A DNA stretch of 64,000 bases, taken from assembly GCF_964204645.1 (NCBI RefSeq), contig NC_134026.1:18386150-18450149 (forward strand), read 5' to 3'. The notes below the pieces were generated by a model that was given only the letters and a program-made list of their open reading frames with translations, was not told the origin of the DNA and did no database searches. Of the stretch, positions 14,046 through 27,472 are shown in pieces. Both the position numbers and the translations under genes were made by a program. Position 1 is the stretch's first letter; every line of letters starts with the position of its first letter. The DNA comes from Tubulanus polymorphus. Taxonomy: Eukaryota; Animalia; Nemertea.

Positions 14046-17000
14046 TTAATAATAATAATAATAATATATAAAAGTTCCATTTCGATGTAATTCGGCATTT
14101 GTCACTTGCTAGTTGCTCGTTACACGCGACACACATAATTTCAAGTTTCTTCGTGTCTAGATAAAATGCCTCGTCTGCACCAGGCTTAATTTGTAAATGG
14201 TTTTCAATAAGATTTGAGTGATTATTGGACCGAATCATTGTCTATCGTGTAAAGTTCTTCCTCTAAAGATGTAAGGATTTGACGTTTTTTCAATTTATCG
14301 GTCTTGCTAATTTAGGACTCAGTTTCCAAAAGTTCTGAATTAGGTTTGTGTTTAAATTAGTTGATTCCAACTTTTTTGTCCAAGAGTAAAAAGATAAATG
14401 AGAGTCGTGGTCCGTATTCATGTAGAATCGAATGTATGTATCGTGGTTTTCGCTTGTATTCTGGAGGTCAACGTGAACTCACTCTTACAATGATACACAT
14501 ACGCGGTGAACTTGCAGATATTATAACAACAAAATGAAATTTAAAATCATGATTATTCAACTGCGGATGTTTTTTTTTACGATTTCATTTTCACGTAATA
14601 TAAATCATCACGTATATTGCCCCAAGAGTTATGTTATGATATGTAGTTATGTATATGGAAAATACGATGAAATTGAAGTATCCTAACAATTGCTTCGAGT
14701 TATGATTTGTGTAAACATGTCATTTGGCACTTGTGGTGAAACCAAAAAACTATAATTACTATCGATCATTTTTACATATTTTCAGTGAAAGAAGACTCAC
14801 TGTCTATGATGGTTGCGTCGCTTTACGAGCGCAAAAATATCGGGATGGTTCATCAAATTCCGCACGTTTGCCCTCGGGAGGGATTCGCAGGAGTATTAGA
14901 AACGGTAAGTACTCGGCTGTTTGTAAGGAAAGCAACGCAGCCTGCCAGCTCCCCTCCATACCTTGACTGTTTCACAACATAATAAATCCCGTAGTACCCG
15001 CAAACCGCAGGGCGCTCAGGTTCGGCACAATTTTTCTTTCCTAGCTATGGTTAGCTGTCGTGGCATGGTTGACTGTCACCCGTGCCACTTGGAAGACCAG
15101 TACCTTGGTAGAATTATTTTTGCATTTTCATTGAAGATGGATGTATTGGAGACACCAAGGGCCGATTATTCAAAAGTAACTTTATCCGCCGTATAACTTA
15201 AGTTTTTTGGCAACTTTTTGATTTCTTTAAGCAGCTCTGACTGTCACACATGTGGCAATTGCGACAGCGTGGATCCGCGCCTGATTTCTGTTGATATAAC
15301 GAAGGTCCAAAGAAGCAAACAAATGAAATATATGTTTTATGTTGTAATAGTTGTGTTGTTCACTAACTACATATTATGGCCTCAGACTACTCATATAGGT
15401 CCTTGGTACTGTTGATTTGTGCTGAAAATTAATAGTTTTGTTTAAGATATAAGCGGAACAAAATTTTGAACCCCTACGTTGAGAGCTGGGATTTGATGGC
15501 CTGCAATAAGCAACCCCCATCCCTAATTCCGACACTTACGCTCATGCGCTCCAAGCCCTACCCAGCTTCAGATATTTAGTATTTTTGAGTTCCAGATTAA
15601 ACCCGCTTCATAAATATTTCATGAACTTTCGTTTCAATATTAGATGCATTTAAGTCGCATTTTGATAACTACGGATAAATCTGTAAATGGTGAATATCAT
15701 TTCGTCAGATTCGATCTTCATTTGTTCTATTCATTTCCAGGTATATTTTGGCACTCAACATGCGAAACTTTACCTCGCATTGAATTTGGCTGGAATAAAT
15801 TGTACGACGGGCATGTCGTGTTTGTTTCGCAAAGATGTGATGGATGAAGTTGGCGGTCTTGCGACTTTTGGAAAGTACTTAGCCGAAGATTTTTTCTTTG
15901 CGAAGGCGTTTTTAGATAAGTACGTTTATTCTTTTCATAAGTCTCGCTTTATGTAGATATACACATATTACCATAGGAAATCTGGCTTGCACTGCTAACA
16001 GCCATTACAAATTTTATAGCAGAGTTTTGTTTTTCCAGCTGGTAACAAAAATGCGTAATTAATCTCGTGTATATCATTTAATGTGTAGTTAGCCCAATGT
16101 TTTCTTAATTTGTGTTTGAACCTTTTTTTTGTAGAGGATACATGATGAATATAAGTACATATCCTGCTTTACAAAACAGTGGTTATTATTCCGTATCTCA
16201 CTTCCAAAATAGATTGCTCAGGTAAATACACAATGGTCATTATAGTTCGCAGTTACATATAAAATCATCCATAAAAATCTGGATGGTTCTAAAGATGTAT
16301 AGATCGTTTAGTCTGAAGCATATCCCCCGTCTTTTTGATTACCTATAGTATTACAAACATACATATTTGTCCTCCCACCTTTTTAAGGGGTGTGCACAAC
16401 ATTCAATTTTTTGATAGATTTTATCATCAATTTCATAACAATTCATTCTACTTTTGTACATGATGATCCTTATAAGGAATAAGCAAGTTGAAAATTCAAT
16501 GTTTCAATCAAGGGCGCATCCGGGTTCTTGCTAGACTGATCATTCCCAATGGTGGAATAGATCTTGAAGATAAAGGCAAATTTACATCTCTTGACAAGTC
16601 GAATGCTTCGAGCTCAATGCAAAAACAGGAGGGTGGGGGCCTGCCAAGATATTCGTTAAAATCAAAATCTAAGACATTTGGTGAATAATAGCATACGAAT
16701 ACCGTATATGCCAGACCAGCGTTACATTTAAGATAGGTGCCGTTTTTTAATCATCACAAACCTTTTCCACCTTTTTAAGCCAGCCGTAGAATGAGCCTTT
16801 ACCTATACAAATGGACCATAACTATAAATGCTATGGTTTCCAGGTGAATGGATTTCATTTGAGATATATAGTTGGAAACTATCTAAATCAATTACGATTT
16901 TATTATGGCAGGGGGCCCTGAAATTATGATGTTTTGTATATGGGTAAATAATTGTATTATTGATCGTATACTGTGAAGTGATTAAACGTAGTGTTGACAT

Positions 17001-17633
17001 ATGTTATCGAAGGTTATGAAGAATTGCTATGGATAGATTATTGAATGTCCCAATTCATGGGTGATCATATACATACAATGTATATCCTTATTGTGTGTGT
17101 TTTTTCAGCAATCGTCTTTGCTAAAATATGTGGAAAAGTCGACGTTAGTGAAGAGTCACGTTTCAAAAAGATGGCTTTCGCCATAAACTTACATATATAT
17201 ATATGTCTTAAATCGGTACAAAAATGATTCGTGATTTGTTTCAATACGGCCATCTTTTCTTATCCCGGACACCCACATCGGATAATTTTCCATAAAATCG
17301 AATTAGATACAAAAACGTGTTAAAATATTTGCGCTATTTGAGAAAATCAATGCTGGTTTATGAATTGCCCAATTACCGTTGAGCGAAGAGCTAAGAGATG
17401 ATTCCCGGAGATGTGAATTTGTCACCAAAATGAGAGAAGCTTAGGCAGGTTGCATATCTGATTTCTTTTGTTGTGATGAAAAGAATCGGCGAAAAGTCAT
17501 CAGATGTGCAATGGGTATTAGTGACTCATTAAGGCACAGATGAGGGAAGTCTGCTATTTTTCCTATTTAGCAGATGTTATAGTAATTTTATCTGTTGTAT
17601 ATTTCATCTGTCTGTCTATAGTAATTTCATCTG

Positions 17634-17674
<41 letters not shown>

Positions 17675-20600
17675 CTTATAGATTATGATATGTTTGCAAT
17701 GGCCGTTTTTCAGGTGGAAACAACTGCGAAGTGCGATGGCGCCTCATACAATTCTTCTCGAGCCAATGACGGAATGCTTCTTCCTCGGAGCCACAGCGTC
17801 GCTTAGTGTCAGTTATCTGTTCGGTTGGAACAGTATCGTTTTCTTTCTGCTGCATATGTTGGTGTGGTTTTTACTTGATTACATCATGCTTAGAACGATG
17901 AATGTAAGTATTCTGAATCGTGAACACTTGTAGGATTTCAATCAGTCCACATCAGCAGGATCCAGGGGGCGTATGTGGCTGGGGCTCCTTATTTCTACAT
18001 AAAGATGATCCATGTTTTCAAAATTTTCTTGGCACCTCCAAAACAGCCTTAATGAATTTTCGTTAACCCATTAGCACTCAGGAATTGCACTATGTAGTAT
18101 CAATTACTCCTCAGAAAATTCAAGATAAAATCCAAGTTCATCACGACACTGAATAGTTCATTTGCTGTTTATTTCCATGCACTACAAGTTAGTGTCATTT
18201 GGTAGTAAATAGTCAAGGCTTTCATATGATGTTAGATTTGATGAGGTGAGCCACCAAAATCGTGTCCTTTTGGCCCCCCCAAAATTCATCCAAACTTACT
18301 TGGATTTGAAGTGAGCGCTCAGATGTGTTCAAACTCTAATTACTCGAGAAATTGAATTAGGAGGGTGTTTATTTCTATTTGGTATTTCGAGGACTTAGGT
18401 GTGTAGTTTATCATAAGCTATTGGGTTCGAATCCCACTATAACCGTTTTCGTGCAGCATACGAAAAAAGTGCCGGAGCGGATTCGGGTGGCTTGAGGAGT
18501 AATAGGCAGGGCGGATACGGGGGGGGGGGGCTTGAGTGCTAATGGGTTAACAGTACTCATGTTCATGTACCAAGTACAGATAGGCCTCCGATTTTTGGGC
18601 CCCCCTATTCAAAATTCTTGGATCAACGCTTCACGGAAAACCTTATTGTATTCCTCCTGTTTATGGTTATTCATCTTTCTACACTGGCGACTAAAAGTAT
18701 GAATGCCTCTACGTGTTTGAAGGTTATGCAAGACAAAACCATCCAACAATACTCTAGATATGAATTATCTACGGATACAGAAAATTGATCATCTCAATTC
18801 AACAATTGAAATTAGTTGTAATTAGCTTTGTGTGTCCTGGGCCTAGTTTCATGACAAGTTTGTGCTTAAATCGGTTAAGTTTGAATAAAAAATGCCAAAC
18901 ATATCTCAAGTCTTTGTCAAAGACATTGAAAAATTGAACATGAATTGAGTAAGTAAACGTCGGACCAACTGCTACAATATCAGTTGTTGCATGTATTTTG
19001 CAATGGTTCACCGTGGGTTGTCAATGATGGTCATACTTCTCTAATGAATTACATGCAGGCCAACTTGTTTGAAATAATGGAATCTCTTCAGACAGTTTTC
19101 ATGTAGGACTATAAGTCTTTCATACCTAGTATTAATGCATGGCAATAATACTATAGGCGTAAATGCGTATATACTCTAGTAGGGTGTTGACATATGTTGG
19201 CATATGGTGTGTCTTGTATTGTGCTTGTTTTCATTCTGAACATAGTTCATGATAGTGACATAAACATTCATACAATGGAATATATGTAAGAGAAAAAGAA
19301 ATCCAACAGACATCCATTAACCCCTGGCTTCAATAACCTTCAATTCCATTTAACTCCTCGAGTTACAGGGATTTCCTATCAAGTTCGTTTTATCTATTTG
19401 CAAATGTTCAATGTTCATAAACTTTTGCTCTTATGTACGTTGATAGAGTGATTCACGTAGTGTCCCCGGTATTTGGCACATTAAGTCATATGACAGACGC
19501 ACGCACGTCTGCTATTATCTTGATACTCTACGCACCACACGCATTATCTGATATGTTTGAATTTGCATGTGTAGTTTGTCATGCTGTTATGTAGAAAATG
19601 TCCTGCCTACCAAAGTAGGTAACATTGGTTGACATGTACTAGTCCAGTAGAGCCAGGATTCCATAATCAATAACACATGGCGCAACTGACTAAAACAAAA
19701 CAAAATGATGTATGTCTTTGGATGCGCTCAACAATGTTTGCCAGATAACACATCCCAAATGCCATCAATGTACGCGCTGTAGATCTAAAGATTGCTTGGT
19801 TTCACTTTCGATGTCCATGGGGTACTCGCTCACTAGTCCCTGGATATGATCAGTTGTTAGGTCAATACACTAGGCTATACCTTCAACCATAATTTTAAAA
19901 ACCAGAACAACTACATGGTGGTGAAAGCTGATTCAACGGGGAAGTATTGTACTGAGAGTGGCTGGTTTGCAGTGCTCTGTATAGGGATACAAATGGCTCA
20001 GTGAAATTCACAAATGGCTCAGTGAAATTTGGGTCAAATTGGGTCAAACACCCCACACAACACTGCAGTAAAGCCCGAACACACTATGCGATTTTCGCTG
20101 CGAATTAATTCACCGTGAATTTCGCAGTGAATTTATCGCACAGCGCGGAGTGGACACCTATGCGATCAGCGGTTAGCGACCTCATACGGAGTTCGTGGTC
20201 ATGTGATCAAAAAGATGGCTGGGTCCAGGAAACTTAAAATTGTTGTTGTTGATGCTCGTCATTGATTGGTTCGATTTCGAGTGGTTCGCAGCGAAATTTG
20301 TATCTCATGGACACACGGATAAAATTTGCCGCGAAAATATCAAACCTGTTTGATCGGTGCAATTTTCACATGCGACGGATCGCACGCAAAAATCGTCTGC
20401 TGCCGATTGAACACACTATGTGCATTTCGCTGCATCATCTGTAATCGCAGATGCTGTCAAATAAGATCGCATTGTGTGTTTGGGGCTTTGCAGATAACAC
20501 AGTACACGTGCATGTACACACCATCTACTGCCAACTTCTGGAATCTGCTCGGATTTTGGGTTCTTAAATTCGGGTGAAATTAGACCCTGGATCCAAATGA

Positions 20601-21080
20601 AATTGTTATCTGTACCATAAGAAACCATTCCTCTGTGCACATACCTAGTTTCATGGCCGACCAACGAATAGATTTCGCGCAAACTGGTAAAAAAAACGAC
20701 AGTACCCCCTTTATAGTATAGATTGAACTCATCAGATTCGTCAAGCATTTCACCTAACCGGCTGGGTGTCCCCTTGTTCTAAAAAAATTTGTATTCTAAT
20801 CACCAAATATTAAAACTTCTATTCTATCATTGACTACGGTTGTTTTGTAGTGTATAAATTTTGTCGAATGATTTCATGTTCTTTATTTACATTTTTTTAG
20901 GAAGGACCCATTCAATTCTCCAAATTCGAGTTCCTCGTTGGTTGGTTGTTCCGGGAGCTCAGTTCACCGTACGTGATGCTTCGATCGCATTTCAGTTCAG
21001 CAGTCAGTTGGAGACACAAATCATATCGACTAAAATGGGGTGGCGAACTAGAGGAGATCAGAGACAAAATTCGTGTATAG
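246..21080 (+). CDS. UGCG: Ceramide glucosyltransferase (glucosylceramide synthase), 9 coding exons, 399 aa
   Basis: join(246..343,3520..3661,8581..8683,9658..9759,14786..14904,15741..15919,16135..16221,17714..17903,20901..21080) = 1200 nt; all introns GT-AG with consistent phases. The translation has an N-terminal TM helix, [47 protein letters not shown] and RLLRW (the D,D,D,(Q/R)xxRW motifs of GT21). Confidence 0.97.
3520..3661 (+). CDS. UGCG: UGCG exon 2
   Basis: Poly-T tract then TTTCAG; encodes KWKLYRK...[30 protein letters not shown]; donor GTACGT. Confidence 0.96.
3971..4746 (+). mobile_element. Non-autonomous PIF/Harbinger-like element retaining a MADF/Myb-SANT fragment
   Basis: Long TIRs GGCTTATGTCGACAAGCAACGCGACGCCTAC / GTAGGCGTCGCGTTGCTTGTCGACATAAGCC; TA-rich flanks; repeated CGACATAAGC motif; internal remnant [40 protein letters not shown]. 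Confidence 0.75.
4790..5250 (+). mobile_element. Degraded fragment of the HINE-like repeat family
   Basis: Shares TCAAGATGGCCGACT, GTTGTAGCTCATGA and GAGTTTCAAGGTCATTGG...AGGGGGC blocks with the full copies at 34613 and 56972. Confidence 0.7.
5818..6335 (-). mobile_element. 5'-truncated LINE 3' end (ORF2 C-terminal zinc-finger region; clade not determined)
   Basis: Minus-strand translation with frameshifts: [14 protein letters not shown]...[16 protein letters not shown]...[19 protein letters not shown], followed by AATAAA and a short (ATTGAA) repeat tail. Confidence 0.8.
8581..8683 (+). CDS. UGCG: UGCG exon 3
   Basis: [35 protein letters not shown]; TTTTCAG acceptor, GTAAGC donor. Confidence 0.96.
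9658..9759 (+). CDS. UGCG: UGCG exon 4
   Basis: [33 protein letters not shown]; TTTTCAG acceptor, GTAAGT donor. Confidence 0.96.
10099..10507. mobile_element. MITE (Harbinger-like)
   Basis: TIRs AGCCGCATTCACA / TGTGAACGCGGCT with TA-rich flanks; internal TAGAATGG/CCATTCTA-type repeats also present at about 7385-7480. Confidence 0.6.
13990..14068. repeat. (TAA)n microsatellite
   Basis: Directly visible. Confidence 0.95.
14786..14904 (+). CDS. UGCG: UGCG exon 5
   Basis: [40 protein letters not shown]; TTTTCAG acceptor, GTAAGT donor. Confidence 0.95.
15741..15919 (+). CDS. UGCG: UGCG exon 6
   Basis: [60 protein letters not shown]. Confidence 0.97.
16135..16221 (+). CDS. UGCG: UGCG exon 7
   Basis: [29 protein letters not shown]; TTTGTAG acceptor, GTAAAT donor. 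Confidence 0.95.
17714..17903 (+). CDS. UGCG: UGCG exon 8
   Basis: [22 protein letters not shown]...[22 protein letters not shown]. Confidence 0.96.
18067..18546. mobile_element. piggyBac-like MITE
   Basis: TTAA|CCCATTAGCACTCA ... TGAGTGCTAATGGG|TTAA; TTAA target duplication and CCC termini. Confidence 0.85.
20073..20486. mobile_element. MITE (Harbinger-like) with TGCGA/TCGCA subterminal repeats
   Basis: TIRs GCCCGAACACACTATGCGAT / ATCGCATTGTGTGTTTGGGGC. Confidence 0.6.
20901..21080 (+). CDS. UGCG: UGCG exon 9 (last coding exon)
   Basis: [19 protein letters not shown]...[25 protein letters not shown]; TAG ends at 21080. Confidence 0.95.
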   Translation, partial: EGPIQFSKFEFLVGWLFRELSSPYVMLRSHFSSAVSWRHKSYRLKWGGELEEIRDKIRV

Positions 21081-21557
21081 TCTCACGTCCACTACACTAC
21101 GTGTAGTGACTCGCGCCTGATTGTGATAGTGACTATTATTTGTACGACGTTTTTCTATAGTTCTCATGATCATTTCTTATAGTTATGTTAGGGATGGCAT
21201 GTGATTTGCTAGTCAAGTAGTAGTTGTTCATGTACATGTATATTGTATATATGCATGATGTGTTCTGCCTATAGAATTGAATCTCGGTTACCTTCATTTA
21301 TACATATGTGGCTGGCCCACCCAGCATCATCATCGATAATACCACTGCAACCACCTGGATAAACATATCTGTGATTGAAACAAAATGTTATTGGGATAAC
21401 GATTTTTTCTTAGGAGGAACGAGATCATGGTTTGTAAAAAATGCTAATAATGCGGATTCTTTTAGCATCACTTTTTTGGTGTTTAGTTCAATTAGTTCCC
21501 TACTCAAGATGAACAGAAAATCTTTCCGAATGGCGTAGTCATTCTTCAACAATTCAA

Positions 21558-21875
21558 GACCCAGTTCCACAGAAATGAAATGGGTACTAGAAATTCTGAC
21601 CCGCGAGAATGGACTAGATTAAATCTGTCTGCCACTACTATTTACTGGTTTCAACTCAATTTCAAGACCTTTCAATTACTGCTTCAAAAATACTACTGAA
21701 GTCTTAACTACTTGAAATAGCTATCAGACTAATTCTAAGATTTGACTCCAAATTCATCTCATAGTCATGAATCAATTTTTCTATGTTCACAGTCAAAACT
21801 ACTTTGAATACTTTTTTCACTGACAAGATGTAGAGCGGTTTTTAATTTCGAATTTGTGACTGTGGAACTGGGTCA
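21558..21875. mobile_element. Small MITE downstream of the UGCG stop codon
   Basis: 15-bp inverted termini GACCCAGTTCCACAG / CTGTGGAACTGGGTC. Confidence 0.55.
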
Positions 21876-22069
21876 TTCATCGACTAGTATCCAGGTGGAT
21901 ACCAAACTAATTAGTCCAACGAAATCTACTGTATGTAATTGTTAATGGCATCATTTTTCAACGACTTAGCAAAATGATGACTCCTGCCGTGTTGTTTGAA
22001 AACAACACTGCCGATTGTTGTTTGTATATTTTTTCACAAAATGAATTATACAGTTCTGATATTTATAAT

Positions 22070-22472
22070 GGGATCAGTCATATGTTACATACGCACGAAG
22101 GGGTCGGTTCAAATGCGTGTACGGGGGGGGGGGGGGAGTAAGTAGAAGATGTGATTGTGCATACGTAAGATATAACACCTAAAGCCTATCTATTCATTTC
22201 GATCCTCTTAAGCAATTAATGATGTTCAGCATCTCAAAACCGATTCTCGTAAAGCATGATATACACGCTTTGATTAGAAAAACAGCAAGCTTATGTGTGA
22301 CTTTATTATTTGAATTTATTTTCATTATCAAAAACCTTGAATTAGTTCAAAGACAGTGCACTAAGGGGGGAGGAGGGGGTTCTGAAGGGTTACTTGAAAA
22401 AGTATGCTCGCATAGTAGAAGGGAGGTTGGAAATCAAGATTCTATGCGTATCCGTATTAAATGAATGATCCC
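22070..22472. mobile_element. MITE (Harbinger-like)
   Basis: Imperfect TIRs GGGATCAGTCATATGTTAC / GTATTAAATGAATGATCCC with TACGC subterminal motifs. Confidence 0.55.
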
Positions 22473-25400
22473 AAATGATGATTTTAAACAGAAACAATGA
22501 CATATTGAATCACAAGCAAATGGTAAAATATAATCAACTTGCCTCGGTATTCTGCCTCCAAACACCGAATGTCTGGGTCATTTTATGAAAAACCATTAAT
22601 TGTACTGTTTAAAAGTCCAGTTGATCATTGATCGCCATCTAATGATGCCATTTTCAATTTGTGTAAATAATTACGATTAGTATGAGATATGTTGAAATAT
22701 TGCCCCACCCTCTCCCGATAATATGATTGACAATTTTTTCTACGATGATTTTGATATTTATTCCATAAGACTTTCGACTGGGTATGGTTTTATATTTATC
22801 GCGAAATGTTCTTGCCCGAAGTTCTTGTCGAAGTCGTAACGCGGTAGGCGGAAAATCGTTCGTTCCGTACGTAACTTATTTGTTCGTGTAAATAATATAA
22901 ATTAACGTTTTTACGACTAAACTGTATTAATTGATTGAATATGTATGCGTTATAGAGTAAGTAGAACGAGAATTTTTACGGTTCAGGAACAAAGAACGAA
23001 GGGATTTGGTTTTTTGATTCGGATTGCGAGTAACGGTTACAGGATAGGACAGGATTGAGGGAAGTTTTTTACATGGCTGGTAGTGTGTGTGTGTGTGTGT
23101 GAGTGTGTGTGTGTGCATATATATATATAACGGACGGAACAATCATAATCATAGTGGACCAATATTCTATGAGTATCAGACGATATGATGAGTGTGTCTA
23201 CTGCAATAGTTGGTATGTTTATATGTTATTCAGTTGTTTAGTCAACTTTTTGTGATAAGATAAAGAAAGATGTCCTTGACGTCTAACGCGCACTACTGAT
23301 TTGATATCTAGTTCAGAATTTGTTAAGTTCAATTCTTATATACACCCTTATTCTCGATTGCAGTAGAACCCTGTCTTATCTCTGTACTTCACTTAATAGA
23401 AGATAATTATTCCAGTTCCTTTCATTGTTACACACGTCTTATGTTCCGACGTCGCGAGGACCCAATTCATTAGTTAATATATTACTTGAAGACATTTTTT
23501 TCGACCCAGCCCCTTGAAAAATTCGATAATTTCAAATTAACCTTGTTCGGCGATAATTTTGACATCCTCTCGCGCTCTAATGTGACTCTGAATTGGTCAC
23601 GGAGACAAGGAACATACGCATCATTAGTGTTCCATTCATTTTTGCCCAATTTATAGTACGTAGTCAAACCATTCCAAACCTAGAGTAAAGCATAACTTGA
23701 ATTTCATTCCTCATTTACTACTTCCTCTTATCTTTTTCGTGATTTCTTTAAGGACTTCCTCATTGGAACCATTCCAAAGCGTAAGAGTAAAAAACCAATG
23801 CTTGTGTTCATTTCTTTCATACTAGCCCTCGTCTTGTATGTGTTTAATATAACGCTTCCTCTATTTCACTTCCTAATCAGTCAATGTCTTTCCACGACAC
23901 ACCAAGCAGTCTTGGTCACTAGTACGGACTAGTGCGGCGCGTTCTTCGTCGAAACTAAGTGCCGAATGAGCACCCATTCGTAATGAAGAACCTGCTTTGC
24001 TGGTTTACAGTAACCACATCCGAAATAATCAGTAATTCAAGTCATGTTTTACCCTGGGTTCTAGATGACATCGTCGTCATGAACTTGTGTGTAGTTTTAT
24101 TTCTATCTAGCGTTGTTGTTATTATTATAAATGTGGGAAGAAAACGATTTTGTCCTTGATAAGCTGTTCGCTCTTGACGGTGCTTTTTTTATTGACCTGT
24201 GCATCCCTTACCTGAATGCAACATTGATGTCTGAATATAATAAATGTCGTGCAGAGGCTATGATGCAAATTTGTTATGCGTTTGCGGATGCCTCTATACG
24301 TCGTATGTCGACCGGGAATGATAGCTTTGCATACGTGTTGCACTTAGCTTATATTTGACCAAGTGGATTTCAACGGAATCGTGACAATATCATGATCCAT
24401 TATTAGCATCTTCCAAAAAACGCAATGACGCTCATCTTTTGATATGTACCAAATCGATTACTGTAACTGCGATATTTGAAAATTTCAAAATTTAGCGGGA
24501 TGGTTTCGCGTAAGTATTTAAAAAAACGTCATCTTTCAATACGAAATTATTCATGATTGTCTACCGATCTAATTTTCGGCTATTAAAAGGCTATTTTGGT
24601 CTAATATGCTGTCTGATGTGCATAGTACGTAAGCTTGAATCGGTCTCATAATTGTGTAACACCGTGTGCGTGTTTATGCGTGTGTGTATGTGTGTGCGCA
24701 TGTGTGCGTGTGTGTAGTTATTCAGAAATGAGTTCCCGTATATGTCATTCGACATGTATTGGTCGAGCTCACGAATGAATTCAGTTATCTTATACATACT
24801 GTTACTAGAATCGAGCTTTAGGATGTGTTGCTAGGACCATTTTCAATTCTCAATTCATGTGCAGTGCTGCCATCTCGGCCTCGTGGACGAAAATCGCTTT
24901 TTGTTAACCATTATCATCAACGAGTATTAATTAAGTACGTACTTTATAGGCTAGAAATCATCTCGGTCTTAGTTCATTAGACGAACTAAGAAGAAAAAAC
25001 TGGATGATCGTAAAGTAGACTTCCCTTGCCACGCAGCTGACTGTCTCGGATAGTTGCGTTCCTAGGATGAAGAGTTTCCTACTCCCATTGATGCGATGAC
25101 GACCAATCATCGCCCCAACTGCCAAGGAATTTGATTGCCTCAGGGCGAAATTTATTTGCAAAACCCCTTTTGCAAAATCTTTTCATCCAAATTTTCATCC
25201 AAATCTTATATTGTGCATCAAGTTCGTGGAGATAGATCAATATGAATTCTAAATCTTAAGTAAAATAGTACGATTTGGGTATGATGTGTTTCAAACGAAT
25301 ATTCAAATCTTACGCATGATTTTGTTCAGCCTTTTGAAATGAGTATTGTATTAGCGCCATGAATTCTGATTCTCGACTGAATTGAATCGTTGGCTATTTA

Positions 25401-27021
25401 TTTTACTCAATGACTGAAATCAGATCAGATTTAATATCAAAGATACAGATAATATGTATATGTATATATATTTATTAATTTATTCATATGTGCAGTAACG
25501 ATATCGATGAGACTATTTATGATTTGCAAGATACCTACATTGTGTGCTAATAGAGATACATATCAGCTGGGAATAACCTGCTCAAATCACTTGTAAAGAT
25601 TTTTATTATGTTATGAGCCTAGTTTTGTGAGAAAGTTTCAAAGGTTATTTTCTTAATTTTGAGTTGATGTTTTCACTGGAAGTAGCCAATGTGAACTAAT
25701 TCAATACTTGGGGCTTGTACCATTCAGTGCAAACTGGGACCTGATATTAATTTTTCTCATTTCTAGTACAAATTATAAACCCCTCATATCCTGCAATAAA
25801 AGGGTTTGGTAGTGTTCCCAGATTCTATGTATACAAAACCATTATTGGGCAATTTTTTACTTAATATTAATTTAAGGTAACGTGATATGTAAATACTAGT
25901 GTTGCCCTGTGTCCTTGACAATGAAGATATTGTACCATAAAAAAGTTAAAGTGTACGAGTGTTGACCTTTCGAGAAAAGATTTCTGCCTCCATAAACCGG
26001 GAGACATGGTAGGCAAGTTTTCCCGGCGATTGAGTGATTTGCCTTGTGTGTCAGGGATGGCGCTTGAAGAATCCACTGACGATGGAGTTGCTCGCCTCAA
26101 TCACTCGGATAAATTCAAGATCAGATCGCGCAGTTATTTATAGTCGTGGCGATTGTAATCAATCCAAATCGGGCAACAGTTTTGGCGACCATTTGGTTCA
26201 AGCGCAATATCAACCGGCCAATGACTCAAAACGGCTGATGAGATGACGACTAGATTTAGATAGTAGGTCGCACTACTGTCTGGTTATTTCGAACAAACAG
26301 CGTTGAGTTGCCTGATACAGTTGCCTAGCGTGTCAATCAGTCAGTTTGTGCGAATAAATTAGCTGGAAAAACCTAGCAATTGATTCAGTCGCGATGATTA
26401 TCGCGTGGTGTCCTCGATGTATGTTCCCTTTGTGGCGTCGCTGATTTATGATTTGATGATGGCGCCATCAGGCGATTTTTAGCGACAGTCAATCTTTCGT
26501 CGGAAGGTCCTGTATTTACCTGTATAACACGAGCAGCCTTATGCTAACAGATATTGTTAACTTTACGAAAACATCTTAATATGTGTGCTGTGCAATGAGT
26601 GAATTTCAACTTACTTTCAGGGGATGATTGAATATTTTTTTTGTTATATAGATTAGTCGCCACAACACATCTTTCTTCCTAAGTTGTAAAAGGAATTCTT
26701 TGTATTGATACCGGAGAGAATTCCTATTTTTGTATAAAGTAAAATGACTTCCGAGCAATTGACTCCTCCCAACTCGGTATTCTTTTTTGACTTCGACTAA
26801 CAAACTACACCGTACACTGTATTGCTGGTGACAAACGGCTTTTCAGTTCATTTATTACAAAATGATTTGCCGCAGCATTTCATCTCTGTCATGTTCCGAG
26901 TCGAGTAAGGAGGAATCTAGTGTGTTTTGATTTTCGCACGACAACGAGTAACTAAAACGTGTTTTAAACTATAGAACTTATACCTGGCAGTTCAACCATT
27001 TTTGATTACGATGAGGTGGTG

Positions 27022-27472
27022 CAGGCGCGGATCCAGACCATCGCACATGGTAGTCGCAGTTTTCAAATGCCCTTGAAAATTTTTGTTACGGGGAAAAAGT
27101 GAATAAAAGGGCACACAATTTGCGCGCCATGAATGATAATTGCCTTTCTGTACTAGGCCTAAAACAAAATGTGAATGAAAATAAATTGCCCAAAATCAAA
27201 GGCAATCTAAGGCATTTTTCTTTACTCAAAAGGGCACTATTCTAAAAGAGACATCATTGTTGCTCTTTAATTCTAATCGAAAAAGGCAAATTTTGCCAAA
27301 AGTAAAAAAAGGCACAAGCGAATTGAATGTGAGAATTTATTTAGCAAATTTAAAGCATGATACCAATAAATGGCACTCAAACTCAAACTCGCTCGCTGGG
27401 CATTAAAACTGGCCCTTTTCAAAGTTAATGCCCTTTTTCCACTGTCACTGAATGGCCCTGGAAACGCGCCTG
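27022..27472. mobile_element. hAT-like MITE with a 5-bp TSD
   Basis: TGGTG|CAGGCGCGGATCCAG ... CTGGAAACGCGCCTG|TGGTG; internal GGCA/TGCC repeats. Confidence 0.75.

Noticed and set aside
18395-18440. tRNA-like B-box GGTTCGAATCCCAC
   Set aside because: No cloverleaf or acceptor stem; lies within a MITE.
26975-26995. ACTTATACCTGGCAG resembling the U1 snRNA 5' end
   Set aside because: Imperfect match with no downstream U1 stem-loops or Sm site.
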